Positions 1 through 13,285 of a stretch of DNA of 64,000 bases are shown piece after piece. The stretch lies in contig OX597817.1 in the NCBI GenBank assembly GCA_951406725.2, positions 113,894,001 through 113,958,000 of the forward strand. The letters run 5' to 3'. The notes under the pieces were generated by a model. That model made no database searches. It saw nothing but the letters and a program-made list of their open reading frames with translations, and was not told the origin of the DNA. A program made the position numbers and the translations under genes. Source of the stretch: Octopus vulgaris (Eukaryota). Positions within the stretch are counted from its first letter, which is position 1, and the number at the start of each line of letters is the position of its first letter.

Positions 1-563
1 CAATGGAACTGATTGAAAATGAAACATTAATAGTAGGCATAATTTTCTTTGATATTAATCCTTTTAGTAAAAAGCTGAGTTTTCTTCTTTTTTTTTCTCT
101 ATATATATAATAATAGCAATTTTAATGAAACCAGCAAAGAATTGTTTGACTAGTTTCTTTTTTAAAATAACTATTGAAATACAGAAGAAAGAAAACAAGT
201 TTCAGATGGATGATGCAATAACTATTATGAAACAAAGAAAAGAAAATGGGGAAAATATTTTTAAAAAATCTACTTAAATTATTTATTATCTCACTTTTCT
301 GAACAATAGCCAAATTGGTTACATATTTCCAACAGGTCAATGAGAGTTCATTGAATTTACAGTTGTAATACTAACACATGCTCGTCTGTGAAAACTTGGA
401 CACAACAAATATCAGGCACAGTTTATCAATATTTGTGCTATGTTGTTTTAGATATTTTGCTGATATATATCACTCAAACAATATAAATATATATAGAGAA
501 AACAGAGCAACTGACATTATGAATTTCAAATCAAATTTTCAAAACAAAGTTACAAACATAAGT

Positions 564-789
564 TTAACCCCTTCAGCATTCAGGTTACAGTGTCAAATTT
601 AATATTTATTTATTCCCATTGTTTTGAATTAATCATGCATTATCTCATAGCTTTGAGATTTCAATAGTGCCGTTGTTTATTTTTACAATGACATTGTAGT
701 GTATGTGTGAGAGGGTGCATCTGGATGGATTGAACATAAAACAGGTAGAATATTTAGGCCAGATAGTTGGTTTAAATGCTGAAGGTTTG
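564..789 (+). mobile_element. piggyBac-type MITE (~225 bp)
   Basis: Starts TTAA-CCCCTTCAGCATT and ends AATGCTGAAGGT-TTGA (degenerate TIR plus TTAA site). Homologous copies at 32464-32841(-), 34195-34418(+), 34832-35058(-) and 55072-55821(+). Confidence 0.7.
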
Positions 790-2357
790 ATATGTGTATT
801 TTTTTAACCTTGATGTAAAACAAATACTGTAATTAAATCAGTAGCCAGAAAAAGTACCCCAAATAACTGAGCTAACAAAATTATTAATTTGAGATTTTAT
901 TAAACCATCATTAGGTCCAATTACTTTTTCTGCTGGTAGCTGAGAAAATGTTGTAATCACTACTTTATGAAAAATGTAAGCACCACCAAGATAGGTCTAA
1001 ACTTATTTACTTAGTGGTGCAACATTGACTAACCGATTGCCTAAGAGTAATAAGATTTCTCTCTGTATGTTTTAAGTTGAAATCCAGTGGAGGGGGTGAA
1101 ATTCAGTATGATAACTATCAATCATGAACTTGAGTTAAGTGAATATACACCTCACCCAAAATTTATGGCCTTGCTCAACCATGAAAGGTCACTATTATCT
1201 GTAGTGATTTTTTAATTTTATAAGGTGAAGGAGATATAGTCAATTGAATTGATTCTAGGATTATTTGTGGTGCTTATTTTATCAGGCCTGGAAAAATGAG
1301 AGACAAAGTCAATTCCTATAGGATTTGAACAAAGAACAAAATTAAACAATGTGAGACATGCAGTTTACGATTCCATTGTTTGTTAAACTATTGCATTACA
1401 ATAGTATATAAATATCATCATCAGCATTTTGAATCAAACAGAATTAGCTGAGGCATATTTCCCTACAGCTGGATGCCTTTCTTGTTGCTAACCTTCACCT
1501 GTTTCCAAGCAAAGCAATATTTTCCCATAGCTGGATATGTATGCATGGAAGATTGGAAACAAATGGAACCATTTGTGTGATTGTGATGCTCATTTACAAC
1601 TGTTGTGTGATGCCCAGACAAGAAGACACACACATGTATACACATAGTAGGCTTCTTCCAGTTTCTATCCATCAAATCCACTCATGAGGCTATAGTAGAA
1701 TAGACAATAGTCCAACATGCCTAGGAAAACCAAAGCCTTATGAATGAATTTGGTGGACATAAAGTGAAAGAAGCCCATTGTATCCAAAATGATGATGATG
1801 ATATCTATACCCAAAATTGGATTGAAACTGAAACCATGTGGCTGGAAAGTAAGCTTAACTACACAGTCATGCTTCTTCCACTTATAATCTCATCTACACT
1901 TAATAAGACACATTGGTTATAAGGAAATAGTATTTAACTAATAAATTTGTTTAACCAAGAAATCTGAAACATTCTGAACAAAAGTGCAGTAAAAGTAGAG
2001 CTAAAAAAAAGAGAAAAAATACAAAATTCTTGTGATTCCTTCTGCCAATATTAGCACATTAGATTTAATATCAGTCTTTTTCCATAGGAATTAGCTGTAG
2101 TTATGAGGTTACATTTTTGGGGAAGGCAAATTTCGTTACCTCAGATAATCACAAATAGTATACTATATTGAAATTAATTATCACAATTTTCTGCAGTCAG
2201 TTCTCAATGTTAGCATAGTTGAAATAGGTATGTGAGCAGGATTAGCACACAAGCCACATACATTTAGATGTTTAAAGCAACCAAATTTGAATTAATGGGG
2301 GTCAAAGTTGTAACTAAACACTATGCCAGCAAATGTATATCTTGTACATTTACTTAC

Positions 2358-2432
2358 TGATTCTTTCGCCACAATTTTGGTAAGTTAAATGAAAGTTGTG
2401 TTTTGTAGATAAGTCCAGAATAAGATTGAAAA
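2358..2432 (-). CDS. candidate 75-nt internal exon, unknown product
   Basis: Minus strand reads ttttaattgttctaataacttttgacag|...gaatca|gtaagt. Length is a multiple of 3 and two frames are open (e.g. FNLILDLSTKHNFHLTYQNCGERI). No recognisable homology. Confidence 0.15.
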
Positions 2433-2647
2433 CTGTCAAAAGTTATTAGAACAATTAAAATATTAGTCACTGATTGCTATTGCTTTCTCCTTACAGCATA
2501 TTTATTTCAAGTTAACTTTTTAAAGCTCCAATGCATTGTTCATAAGCACAGAATAATTAAAAAACGCAAAATAATTTAGATGTATATTATTTTATAAAGC
2601 ATGTTTCAAATTAATTTAATCTCAACATATCTGCTTCTTGTTGTTAT

Positions 2648-3128
2648 GTAGCCCCAGGTCAGCCATAACCAGAACATGAGCTTATAAGGATGTCTCCAAG
2701 TGGTTGTTTGATCTGCTATATCTAGCAACCAAATCTACTTCAAGCTTCACTCTACTGTATTAAAAATACATATCTGGTTTACAGTATTTCTGTTATATCA
2801 TTAGTTATTCCAAATTGTTCTTACTCTATTCTGGTAGTTACTAACCATCATTTAATCCAATAAAAGAGCTATTGCATGGTTACTCAGTGTAAGAGTAAAC
2901 ATAGCCAAGTTTTCTTAAAATTATATCCTACTGTCTTAAAGGAAAGAAAGATACATCAGATAATGTGGTCCTCAAGACATTATTTTTAAATAAAAAAAAT
3001 ATTCCTTCCAATCACACCCTACTGCATTAGTAAAAAAGAAAAAAAGTACATGATTCACAGCATCTGGGCAAATGTCAGGGATGGTCACAGCTGGAATGCC
3101 TTTCATCAGTGCTGACTTGGGGGCAAAA
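2648..3128. mobile_element. dispersed MITE-like repeat with long inverted ends (TTTAGCCCCAGGTCAGCCCTGAT... family)
   Basis: gccccaggtcagc at ~2651 and gctgacttgggggc at ~3111 form an inverted pair. Related copies near 10490-10745, 11830-12025, 28790-29180, 29560-29810, 32075-32190, 32930-33140, 43850-44030, 44350-44820, 59110-59220 and 60060-60260. Confidence 0.55.
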
Positions 3129-5454
3129 TAATACCACCAACAATCAACCATTATTTGTTCAGCTAATTCTAATAATTCAATCTAACCAACAAATCATAAT
3201 AATTATTAATACCTACAAATCCAGTCTATTTCTTAAATTCTAAACCTATGCTTAGTGGCTCACATTTATTTCCTTTCCTTTCACATTCAGTTTTACAACT
3301 CAAACAAGAACAGTGAATTATAATAGTGTTATAGTGATGCCTTTTTCTCCTCTCTCTAACTGTTACAAACCTTTCATCCTTATAGTAAATTTTCAATGCA
3401 CAGCAGCTAAAAAGACTAAGCATATAGTTATAACTAGGAACCACTTAACTAAACAGATTTAATGTATCTATTATAATGGCTTCCAACTAGCATTAAACCA
3501 CACCTTACATAAAGCTGACTGGTTATACAGCTGCATCTATTATGATAGATATCAATAACATAAAATTTATGCTGCATTGTATTTTAAAACATAATCTTCT
3601 TATGATCACAACATTGCTGTGAAGAAACTTGTAAATGCTAACAAAGATGAACTAATGTCCATTTCTAGCTGAGATATTGCATGAATAGCAGATGCAATTT
3701 TTGATACATGATGTATTTAAGTTCTTGTGTGGGTTTGTTATAATAGGAAAAACTACATTACCTTAATATTTGCAACAGTGCGTCCTCTGCTAAGAAACAC
3801 CCAAGATCCACAATGGGATGTTATACCAGGAAACAGAGTAAGCTAAGTCAACTACCAAAGTCTAGGTACAGTTTGATGGGCTTCTGCTTAGTTTCCCTTT
3901 TGCTCACAAATTTTAGGCTAACCCAAGTATATGGTAGAAGTCATTTGCTTAAAGAACCATGTACCCCAACTGTACCTTAAAGAAGCTTCTTAAGGCTCTG
4001 ATCAGAAGAGATCTCATGATGTCCAAAATGCCATTGCGTCATAATAAAGAAATTACTCCTTCAAGAAAAATGCTTACTGACAAACAATTATAAAATCCCT
4101 CCCTTCTAAAGCTTACATTTTATAATTGTTAATTTTTGGCCTGCAGTTTTAGATTAATAGCTAGTTTAAATGATTTTTTTTTTTTTAAACACATCTTTTT
4201 GGAAAATGATGCACATGCTACATAACTAAATCCCACTAAGTTACGAACAATAATTTGAAGGTTTTCACTTTCAGAATATTGAAAATACTCAGAGAAAATA
4301 TATCAATTTTACTACAGATGACAGAGACATCACTATTTCTAATGTCAATAGTAATAAAAATGAAACAGAAAAGTAAGAAATGTAAATAAATAAAGCCAAT
4401 CAATACCATGATGTAAATATCACAGCATTCAGAATTTAGGCAAAAATAAGATAAAAGACAAATAGTTTTTATTTTTTTTTTTTTTGGCAGTGTTCACAGT
4501 AGTGAACTCATATCACTGGCCAGCTAGCTACTTATGTATAGATTATTTTCAATTATCCTGCATGGTTAGTTTGCCCAATATTTATGTGAAGTAAATTTTC
4601 AGTAGTTTATGGGACATTAAGATTCTGAGGCTTTGTTTTCTTGTATGCATCTATATTCATGCTGCTGATTTCTTACTATATTTCACTATTCATATTGTTT
4701 GAAAGAAATGATATTCTTCTTAAGCAAACAAAAATATTCTTACAGTATCCTAAACAGCATTCATTTCATATTTATCACCAAGATTTTATAGAAATTTTGA
4801 TAAAATTGAGACAATGGTGTTTATTCATGAGAATTGTTTATTTAAAAATACCTTTGATAGCTAGCTGTACAAGAGGCTAAAAAGAGGTAAGTCAGCATAT
4901 TATGTAATTTCAGGTTATAGGACTGCAAGGAAAAATAAGTAATAAAACTTACAAGCTTAAAAAGGTGTTTCTGACTTCCTACACAACTGATCAAAAACAT
5001 CTGTTACGTAATAGTTCTTTTTTTAACTTGAAAGAAGAAATAAGAGAATCAATACTCCTTTTCACTAGATATAATTTTTTTATTTTTGGTGATTATTAGG
5101 ACAAGTTTACACAACAGTATAACCTTTCATCACTGCCTTCCCTACAGCCATCTCCAGGAAAATGAAGTCTTTGACAGAGACCTCACAGGATATTTTCTCC
5201 CTTTTTTCTTTTACTTCTGCCCCATTTCTTCATTTAACGTGATTCTTCTATTTTTGAAAAATTATTATTCAAGTTTACCATATTAAAATATCTAGCACCA
5301 CTTAATTCAGTGCTAATAGTAATACTTATACAGCTGTTATTAATTATTTTTCATTAATTCAAATACTTCATCTCTTATATTATCCATTCTCATTACGTAT
5401 ACATGAGTTCATTGCATTTTTTTCTTTTCTTTTATAAAATAAATTACCATAAGC

Positions 5455-5802
5455 ACACATGTGGTTGCATGGTAAAAACGTTTGCTTCTTAACCACATGT
5501 TCTCAGCTCCAATCCCACTGAATGGCACCTTTGGGCAAGTGTCGTCAACTATTACCTCAGGCTGACCAAAGTTTTGTGAGTGGAATTAGTCAATAAAAAC
5601 TGAAAGAAGTCTGTTGTATTTATGAGTGTGTGTTTGCATTTGTCCCCTGTAACTTAGTGGTTTGGTAAAAAAGACGAATAGAATAAGTACAAAACTTTTT
5701 TTTAAAAATAAGAACTGGGAGTGATTTACACAACTAAACCCTTCAAGGTGGTGCTCCAGCATGGCTGCAATCCGATGACTGAAACAAATAAATAATAAAA
5801 GA
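5455..5802 (+). mobile_element. tRNA-derived SINE, family S1 (near full length)
   Basis: Degenerate A/B-box head, then ggcacct(t)tgggcaagtgtc, internal (TG)n and a 3' end gctccagcatggctgca...gactgaaacaa. About 20 homologous copies or fragments in the window (e.g. 1640-1875, 6540-6900, 12695-12865, 16720-16960, 19270-19370, 22060-22210, 40225-40360, 42515-42730, 43350-43510, 58850-59000). Confidence 0.8.
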
Positions 5803-7297
5803 TATGTTGAATCATGAGAATCCAATGTACATCTGCTCATCTCATTCTGGTCCAGCATTTATAAAACCTAATGTTAGAGTTCATTAAACTAATGTGCTAT
5901 ATCACTGGTATGTATCCAATAATTTGGCAGATTGCTTTTTATGTTGACAAGCTTTCAAAACAATGCAAACATTCATATTTTAAGTATTATTTTGATTGTT
6001 ATGTCAACTTCAAATACATTAAGATAGACAACATCTAAATAGTTATATTTCTGTTAAGTAAATTAGGAGAGATGAGGACTAAGTTACATGACTACAGAAG
6101 TTAAACTTCCAACACTCATTGTTTTTTATATGCACACATACATAATGCCCACCACCACAAAAAATAAATAAATAAATAAATATCCTTCCAACATAGTCAC
6201 ACTCCTCCATATTCATATATGCAGAGAAACCCTGCCATTTTTTAATATTATAAGAGGAGCAGTGCTCATGACCACTTTAGCACCTCTAAGAATGGTGACT
6301 GAGATTGATGCTGATTGCAACTGATATCCAGCTTGAACATCTCCAGGAAAAATGTGAATGAGAAAGGCCTGGTATGAATGCTTGCAAAAAAGTTGACTCT
6401 ATTAAAGGCAGTGGTGCTAAAAGAGAATGACATGTTAAGCCTATCACCCAAAATCTACATTTGCCATAAGGTGCTATATTTTATCTGTGTATCTCACCTT
6501 TCTATTAGGAGGTACAAGCACTTACACACAAACATGTATATACACAACAGTAACTTCTGCTCACCAAATTCAATCACTAGGCTTTGGTCAGCCTAAGGTT
6601 ATATAGCAGAAGACACTTGCCCAAGGTGCCACACAGTGGTATTGAACCCCAAAACCATGTGATTGAGAAGTGTGTTTCCTAACCACACAGCCATGCTTGT
6701 ACCTACCAGACACATGCACATACAAACACATGTATATAAAGCATGGCTGAATGATTAAGAAATTTGTTTCCCAATTGCTTGGTTTTAAATTCACTCCAAA
6801 TGTGTGACATTTTAAGCAAGTGTCTTTTACTAGAGCCTTGGTTTAACAGAGGCCTTGTAAGTGAAACTGGGTACCAGAAACTGTACAAAAGCATATTAGA
6901 TGGATTGTATCTGTAATTTAAAGGTTCGGGCTTGTCACACTGATTCTACCTGAGAATTACATTAAAAATACATGCAAAATGTTCAGCCACATACACACTA
7001 ATTCCATGAACAATAAAGATTCTTGTAGATATGTGTTTGGACTGGGATAAAATTCCTGAACTTTTACATCAGGCACTAAAATTCCAACGTTTGTTACCCG
7101 TCTAAAACAAAACTATGGCATCTTATGATGAATGACAAAACAACTTTTATGAAACAGAAAACTCCATGTAGATTGATCTCAATCTGTACAAGAAATTCAC
7201 AAAAGACAACAAAGAATAATATAGGGAAATGCAACAATTCCGTTTTATAAGTCTAAGATGCAAGGAGAAGAACCATAAAATAAAATAGTTGTCTTTA

Positions 7298-7543
7298 TCA
7301 TCATCATCATCGTTTAGCGTCCGCTTTCCATGCTGGCATGGGTTGGACGGTGCAACTGGGGTCTGGGAAGTCAGAAGGCTGCACCAGGCCCAGTCTGATC
7401 TGGCAATGTTTCTACGACTGGATGCCCTTCCTAACGCCAACCACTCCATGAGTGTAGTGGGTGCTTTTTACATGCCACCAGCACAGGAGCCAGACGAGGC
7501 TGGCAAACGGCCATGATCGGATGGTGCTTTTTATGTGCCACCA
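7298..7543 (-). mobile_element. 5'-truncated retroposon 3' end with (GAT)n tail (RTE 3'UTR/SINE family S3)
   Basis: Reverse complement contains ggcgttaggaagggcatccag and ends ggacgctaaacgatgatgatgat. Same 3' end at 32612-32760, 37680-37842, 39910-40128, 40160-40208, 40624-40771 and 49860-50048. Confidence 0.8.
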
Positions 7544-7799
7544 AGATTGTTAAGTTCAAATAATGTTGAAAAGTTGTAGACAATCCGACATTGCTTGTAC
7601 AGCTAAGGATGTCAAGACCAGCCACTCCTGTCATTAATTGAATACTGGTGTAGCAGGGCAAAGTAAGGCTGAAGTCTACCAATAGTTGACTTGGCTTTAT
7701 TATTCTTTAAAGTTTAATACAGATAAGTACACGTTATACACTGAGGTTGAGTCAATCAACTGATACCACTCCTTTCCAACAAATTTGGGGTCTAGTGCC

Positions 7800-8160
7800 C
7801 ACGTGATTTAAGATTCAGTCCCAGTGTGTGGTACCTTGGGTATGTGTCTCCTACTATAGCCTTGGGCTACCTGAAGCCTTGTGAGTGGATTTAGTAGACG
7901 AAAACTGAAAGAAGCCCATTGTGTGCATGTGTGTGTGTGTTTGTGTGTGTGTGTGTATGTGCCCCCAACACTGATTGACAATTGGTATTGGTGTACTTAC
8001 ATCCCCATAACTTCATGGTTCAGCAAAAGGGACCAACAGAATAAGTACCAGGCTTTAAAAAACAGTAAGTACTGGGTTCAATTCGTTCAACTAAAAAATT
8101 CAAGGTGGTGCCCTAATATGGCTGCAGTCTAAAGACTGAAACAAGTAAAGGATAAAAGAG
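7800..8160 (+). mobile_element. tRNA-derived SINE, family S1
   Basis: Homologous to 5455-5802 and 23435-23818 along its length. Confidence 0.8.
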
Positions 8161-8905
8161 AAAAAGAAATACATAAATCATTATCGTTTCTTTTTCTTTT
8201 TTACAAATTTGTAGCTTTGTGATAAAATAAGAAATACAGAGATTATTCAGCAGCAGCAGCAAAGGCAAGGGTTACAATGGTAGTATTGATGGCAACAGCA
8301 AAATCCACAGAACAATCAATTGTCAATTTACTCACAACTCAAGAGCTAAGCATTTAATTCCTCATTTATTTAGGTGGGTTTTAGGTGGACTGATATGGAA
8401 CTGGCATTTCAAGTACTTTAAATAAACAAAGAGTGCAATAAGTGCAGCTTTGACCCCTCAGTGATGATTCATTTTAAAGAAGCTAACAAGTTTTGTTAAA
8501 TAAGGCAAGCTAATCAATGCTGGCTGGCTAGATGGCAAGGGAGCCAATAATAGCTTTGTGGTGGCATATGGTCATTCGGTCATAATGGCTGGGAGAGGTT
8601 TTGATGAAAAAAGGAATTAACTTTTTACATAAGGGATAGCTACTGATGCATAAATGTCACATGTTGTCTGGTATGTGGCAAATGGCAGGCAGTAAACATC
8701 TGGTGAGCTGAATCTGAATTCCAAATTTAATTAAGTTACAACTATTTCACCTACTCTGCAATATCATTCGAGAAAGCATGAACATCACAACTCACATTCC
8801 ACCACCTCCTCAAATTAATAGGAATAGGGTTTTATATTTAAGAGATGAGGAATTATGTACATTATTTACAATTGATGGATATTTGTCCTCATCTTGTTTG
8901 TTGTT

Positions 8906-8951
8906 AACACAACATTTCAGCTGATATAGCCTCCAGCCTTCATCAGGTATC
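8906..8951 (-). ncRNA. minimal type I hammerhead ribozyme motif
   Basis: Minus strand reads GATAC-CTGATGA-A-GGCTG(gaggctatat)CAGCT-GAAA-TG-TT-GTGTT. Confidence 0.6.
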
Positions 8952-9101
8952 TTGGGGAAATTTTGAACCTGGGTTCTCATTCCTAAGGTACTTTCGATTC
9001 CGAGTTCGATTCCAGGCAGTAACCTGAATAACAACAACAACATCATCATCATCATCGGAAAGTACCTTAGGAATGAGAACCCAAGTTCGAAATTTCCCCA
9101 T

Positions 9102-9147
9102 GATACCTGATGAAGGCTGGAGGGTATATCAGCCGAAATGTTGTGTT
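9102..9147 (+). ncRNA. minimal type I hammerhead ribozyme motif
   Basis: Stem I GATAC/GTGTT, core CTGATGA (9107-9113), stem II GGCTG/CAGCC, GAAA (9135-9138), minimal stem III A-(T/C)G-T and H17=U. This is the layout of Penelope-associated minimal hammerheads. Confidence 0.7.
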
Positions 9148-9251
9148 AACAACAAACAAGATGAAGACAAATATCCGTCAATTGTAAATAATGTAATAGG
9201 AATAGGGCTGAAAACTTCCTAACAATAAAGTTAAAAAAAAACAAATCAAAG

Positions 9252-9635
9252 TCATAGCTCTGTGGTAAGAAGCTTGCTTCCCAACCCATGATCCCGGGTT
9301 CAGTCCCATTGTGTGGCACCTTGGGCAAATGTCTTTTACTATAGCCTCAGGCTGACTAAAACCTTGTGAGTGGATTTGGTAGATTGAAACTGAAAAAAAG
9401 TCCATCATACACATGTGTATGTGAGTCTCTATGTGTTTGTCCCTCACCACTACTTGACAATTGATGGTGGTATGTTTACATACCCTTAAATTAGCAGTTC
9501 AGCAAAAGAGACTAATAGATAGAATAAGTACCAGTACTTTAAAAAAAAAAAAGTACTGATTCGACTAAAAATTTTTCAATGTGATGCCCCAGCATGGCCA
9601 CAGTCTTATGACTGAAAAAGGGAAAAGAAAAGAAA
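9252..9635 (+). mobile_element. tRNA-derived SINE, family S1 (full length)
   Basis: Head tagctctgtggtaagaagcttgcttcccaac...gggttcagtccc, full body and 3' end. Confidence 0.8.
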
Positions 9636-10183
9636 CTGAATCAATTAATGAACATTAATGTGAGGGTTGCATAAATATTTATCCTTTGTAGACATGCTGT
9701 GTAGCAGTGAGAAATACTCAGTTGAGACATTGAGTGGGTGGAGAAAAATTAGTTGAATATTCTGCATATCAAATAGGCAATATAATGATTTTTTTTTTTT
9801 TTATTGTTGGCTTGCTGTATATAGGAAAACATTGTCATAGTATAAACAGATGAAGAGAAAGAATGACTCACAGTCATACTGAATAAAACGTCATGTCAGT
9901 GACTGATTGATGGCAGCTAATGAAAAGCAGAACTGAAGAAAGAAAGCTGTGAATGAATAGTGTAATCCCTATAATAGTATAATCCTTTTTTCTAACTCAC
10001 AGGAGAGGATTCTGCTTTAGAACTGCCAAACCCCTCATCAGGTTTGCACCATAAATCATCAAGCAATACAAAACTATTAAACTACCAAACTACTGGCACA
10101 AAACCATTAAATTACCAAACTACTAAGTTGGATGCTGTAACTACCTGTCTCCAAAAAACGCTAATTAGTTTGATTCTATAAAC

Positions 10184-10312
10184 CAGTCATCAGCAAACTG
10201 CAGCCTGCAAGACTTTCTGAATGGCATGTCTAACAAAAAATACCTTGAATTTCTGTAACAGTAAGGCCCAACTAATGATGTCCACTTCTTGAAAAAAGGT
10301 TGTCTATGTCTG
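10184..10312. mobile_element. hAT-type MITE (decayed)
   Basis: Ends cagtcatcagcaaact / aggttgtctatgtctg. Flanking 8-mers ctataaac / ttgtaaac match at 6/8, consistent with an 8-bp TSD. Confidence 0.4.
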
Positions 10313-11836
10313 TTGTAAACCATGCAACAACTAACCATTCTGCCACTGTAAACCATCAAATTACCCATTAGTTTAGTATTATAAACCATTATGCAACTAA
10401 TAAATTTACAACTAATTTGGCAATTTACTACTGAGATCATCTCTCTTTATATTTATTTCCAACCAAAACTGCTATCAGTTTGTTGTAGTTTAGTTCCCAA
10501 GTGATCCTTGATTAGAAAGACATATGATCAAAGACATTCCAAGCATGCTTTTGGACAAGCCAACAATAGCCTCGATGGAATCACTCAACCTCCTGAAAAA
10601 TAAAGTTTACTTGAATAATATCTTAGTCTTAAATCAAAATGAATACATTAAACAATGTAATTCAAAAAGACAGGATGATCCCAACAAGAACACCTTTGAC
10701 TAATGGATCTACTCAATCCATACTAATCTGAGGTTAAGTAACAATAAAAACAACATGTGCTTTGAATGCAACAGAACATATGACCCTTCATTAATGAGTA
10801 ATGTTCCAGCATGTTTTTTATCTTATTTTCCTGCCACAAAGAATTTTTAATGAAGGTCTGAAAGTTCAATTCCAACCCAAGACAAAAAAGTACAAGATTG
10901 AAGGTTTGAAAATGTTTAAATCAATATTAAAATGAAGTTAGACTTCTTCAATTCATGCTAGAATGGAAGAAAAAAATTTAAATTGAAGTATCATGATGAA
11001 TGTAGACACTGTTGACTTCACACTTATCAATTGAAACTAAATTTAATAAAATAACTAGATCTAGTCAACCTTGGTAACTGAAAAATCACCCCAAAAAGCA
11101 CAAGTTAATGTTTGCATTTTTTTCAACATATGTATACTAAGATGTTAAAACCTTACACTAACCACTGTAATGTACCAAAATGTCCTAGAAATTCTAATGT
11201 AATTTTTTTTAAATTTCAGAGTATCAACCCATTGCAGGGGCCATTTAAAAGAAAACTCACTTTGCCTTGTACATTAGAAAATTCATAAGAAGTAAACAAA
11301 ATAGATTAAATATGTACAATATATGTTAATAGATATAAGAGGAACTGCATAAACATAAAACATGATATGCTTCTTCAGTCTGCCAACAAAACATTGGATA
11401 TATTCCAGAAAAAAGAAACATATAGCCCAAAGAACTCTTTCTGAGATCATTATAAGCTACAGTCTTTGTGCTATTATGAGACTATCTATATTCGCAATGA
11501 TTATACCTGCTGTTTTGAGGGACTCTTTTGATGCGTCTCAGTCAGCACCAACCCTACAGTACACCATGTGTAGAAAGATTTATTATCTATAAGCATTCTT
11601 TCACATAGAGATTATTTATATTGTTCTCAACCCCACCCACTAACAAGCAATTCCGATTCAACATTATATTCATACAGATACACACACATACACACGATCA
11701 ACTGCATCAAAGAAAAGACTGTGAATCAGACTGCGTCTGAAAAATTGCTGTGTCAAAATGACTATCCATTGCCATAGCTTTCAGCTGACTCATCTTTCTT
11801 TCACTACTTCACAATAATCCAGAGATGAAATCTGTT

Positions 11837-11888
11837 TGCTGGACCTGCTAGAAATAACAGCCTGCTGGACCTGCTAGAAATAACAGCC
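11837..11888 (+). repeat. 26-bp perfect tandem duplication
   Basis: tgctggacctgctagaaataacagcc x2, inside a dispersed repeat copy. Confidence 0.9.
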
Positions 11889-12057
11889 AAATTTCCCTTA
11901 AAATACAACCTATCATCTTAAAGTATACATCAGATAATATAGTCCATGATATACAAAAAGTGGCATAATCTCAGCTGGAAACACCTTTGGCCACAAGTCA
12001 GCTCAATCAAAGTTGACCTGAGGTTATATCAACATTTGCTCATTTTACATTACTTAC

Positions 12058-12194
12058 ACATATAATTCAAATGGAACATTCACCACACAAACAAAATGCA
12101 ACATCTTGTAGGTCTCCCTTCCTTGGAATAGACAAATTTAAAATGACTGTGGGCATTATCCTTCAGCCAACGTATACAAGCTCCAATCTTTATT
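12058..12194 (-). other. candidate 137-nt exon (probably non-coding/5'UTR)
   Basis: Minus strand has a pyrimidine-rich acceptor ttttgtttgtattag|A and a donor ATGT|GTAAGT. All three frames contain stops. Confidence 0.3.
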
Positions 12195-12859
12195 CTAATA
12201 CAAACAAAACTCACAGGAAAAACAGAGAGTAAGTGACACGGCTTTCTGATTAAGAAGCTTGTTTTGAAATTACAGGGCTTCATCTCACTACATAGAATAT
12301 TAGACAAATGCATTCTACCATAGCTTCAGGTAGATTAATGTCTTGTGAATGAAATATGATAAACAGAAATTGTACTGAAGCAAGCAGACAAGTAGGCATC
12401 GGCAAAAAAAACAATAAACTGTTGCTTTGAACACACTCTCTTATGATATTTGTTCTGCTTGAGTCACACAGGCAATTCTTTGTCTATGGGACTCAGATAC
12501 CATTATAAATCACTGGTTCACCATATTTACAACAGCAACAATGAGTTACTATTGTAAATGCATGTGATTCACTTGTTGGGAACATGTAACCATTGATGTT
12601 GTTGTTCATAAAATGTGACATGAAATAAAAAAAAATAATAAATGAATAGTGAAAGAAGTAAATGAGTACTGAAAGATTTTACTATATAATTGCAGGCATG
12701 ATTGCACTTATATAGCAAGAAGCTTGCTTTGCAACAATATGATTTTAGGCTCAGTCCTATTGCACAGCATCTCAGGCAAGTGTCTTCTACTACAGCCCCA
12801 AGCCAACCAATGCCTAGTGAGTAAATATGATAGATGGAAACTGTGTGAAAGCCTATTGT

Positions 12860-12877
12860 GTGTACATATATGATTAT

Positions 12878-12949
<72 letters not shown>

Positions 12950-13132
12950 GGTTTGAAAATGCAATTTTAAAAGGTGTTTATTCACTTGACTGGTTTCATT
13001 TTTTTAGAAAAAAGATTGTCAAAAGTAAAATGTAAAAGCTTTGTAAAAACTTTTTTGTGTTAAATACTGGTTGTTACAAAATATTACAATACATATATAC
13101 ATTCTTTGATAGTAATAAGAAAATGCTAAAAA

Positions 13133-13169
<37 letters not shown>

Positions 13170-13285
13170 ACACACACACATACACACACATATATATATA
13201 TATAAATATATATACACACATACATATGTGTGTGTGTGTGAGAGAGTATATACACACACACATATACATATATTATATACACATG
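12860..13285. repeat. (TG)n/(TA)n/(CA)n compound microsatellites
   Basis: Direct inspection: 12860-12945 and 13138-13285. Confidence 0.9.

Larger units (their letters stand above)
8830..9193. mobile_element. inverted-dimer hammerhead retroelement (non-autonomous Penelope-like / tRNA-headed), 14-bp TSD
   Basis: Arms ~8859-8997(-) and ~9055-9193(+) are inverted copies. Direct repeat TAATAGGAATAGGG at 8816-8829 and 9194-9207. B-box-like gagttcgattcc at ~9002-9013. Confidence 0.75.

Noticed and set aside
10015-10050. Minus-strand CCTGATGAGGGG hammerhead-like start
   Set aside because: No GAAA core in position. The local pairing is a simple hairpin.
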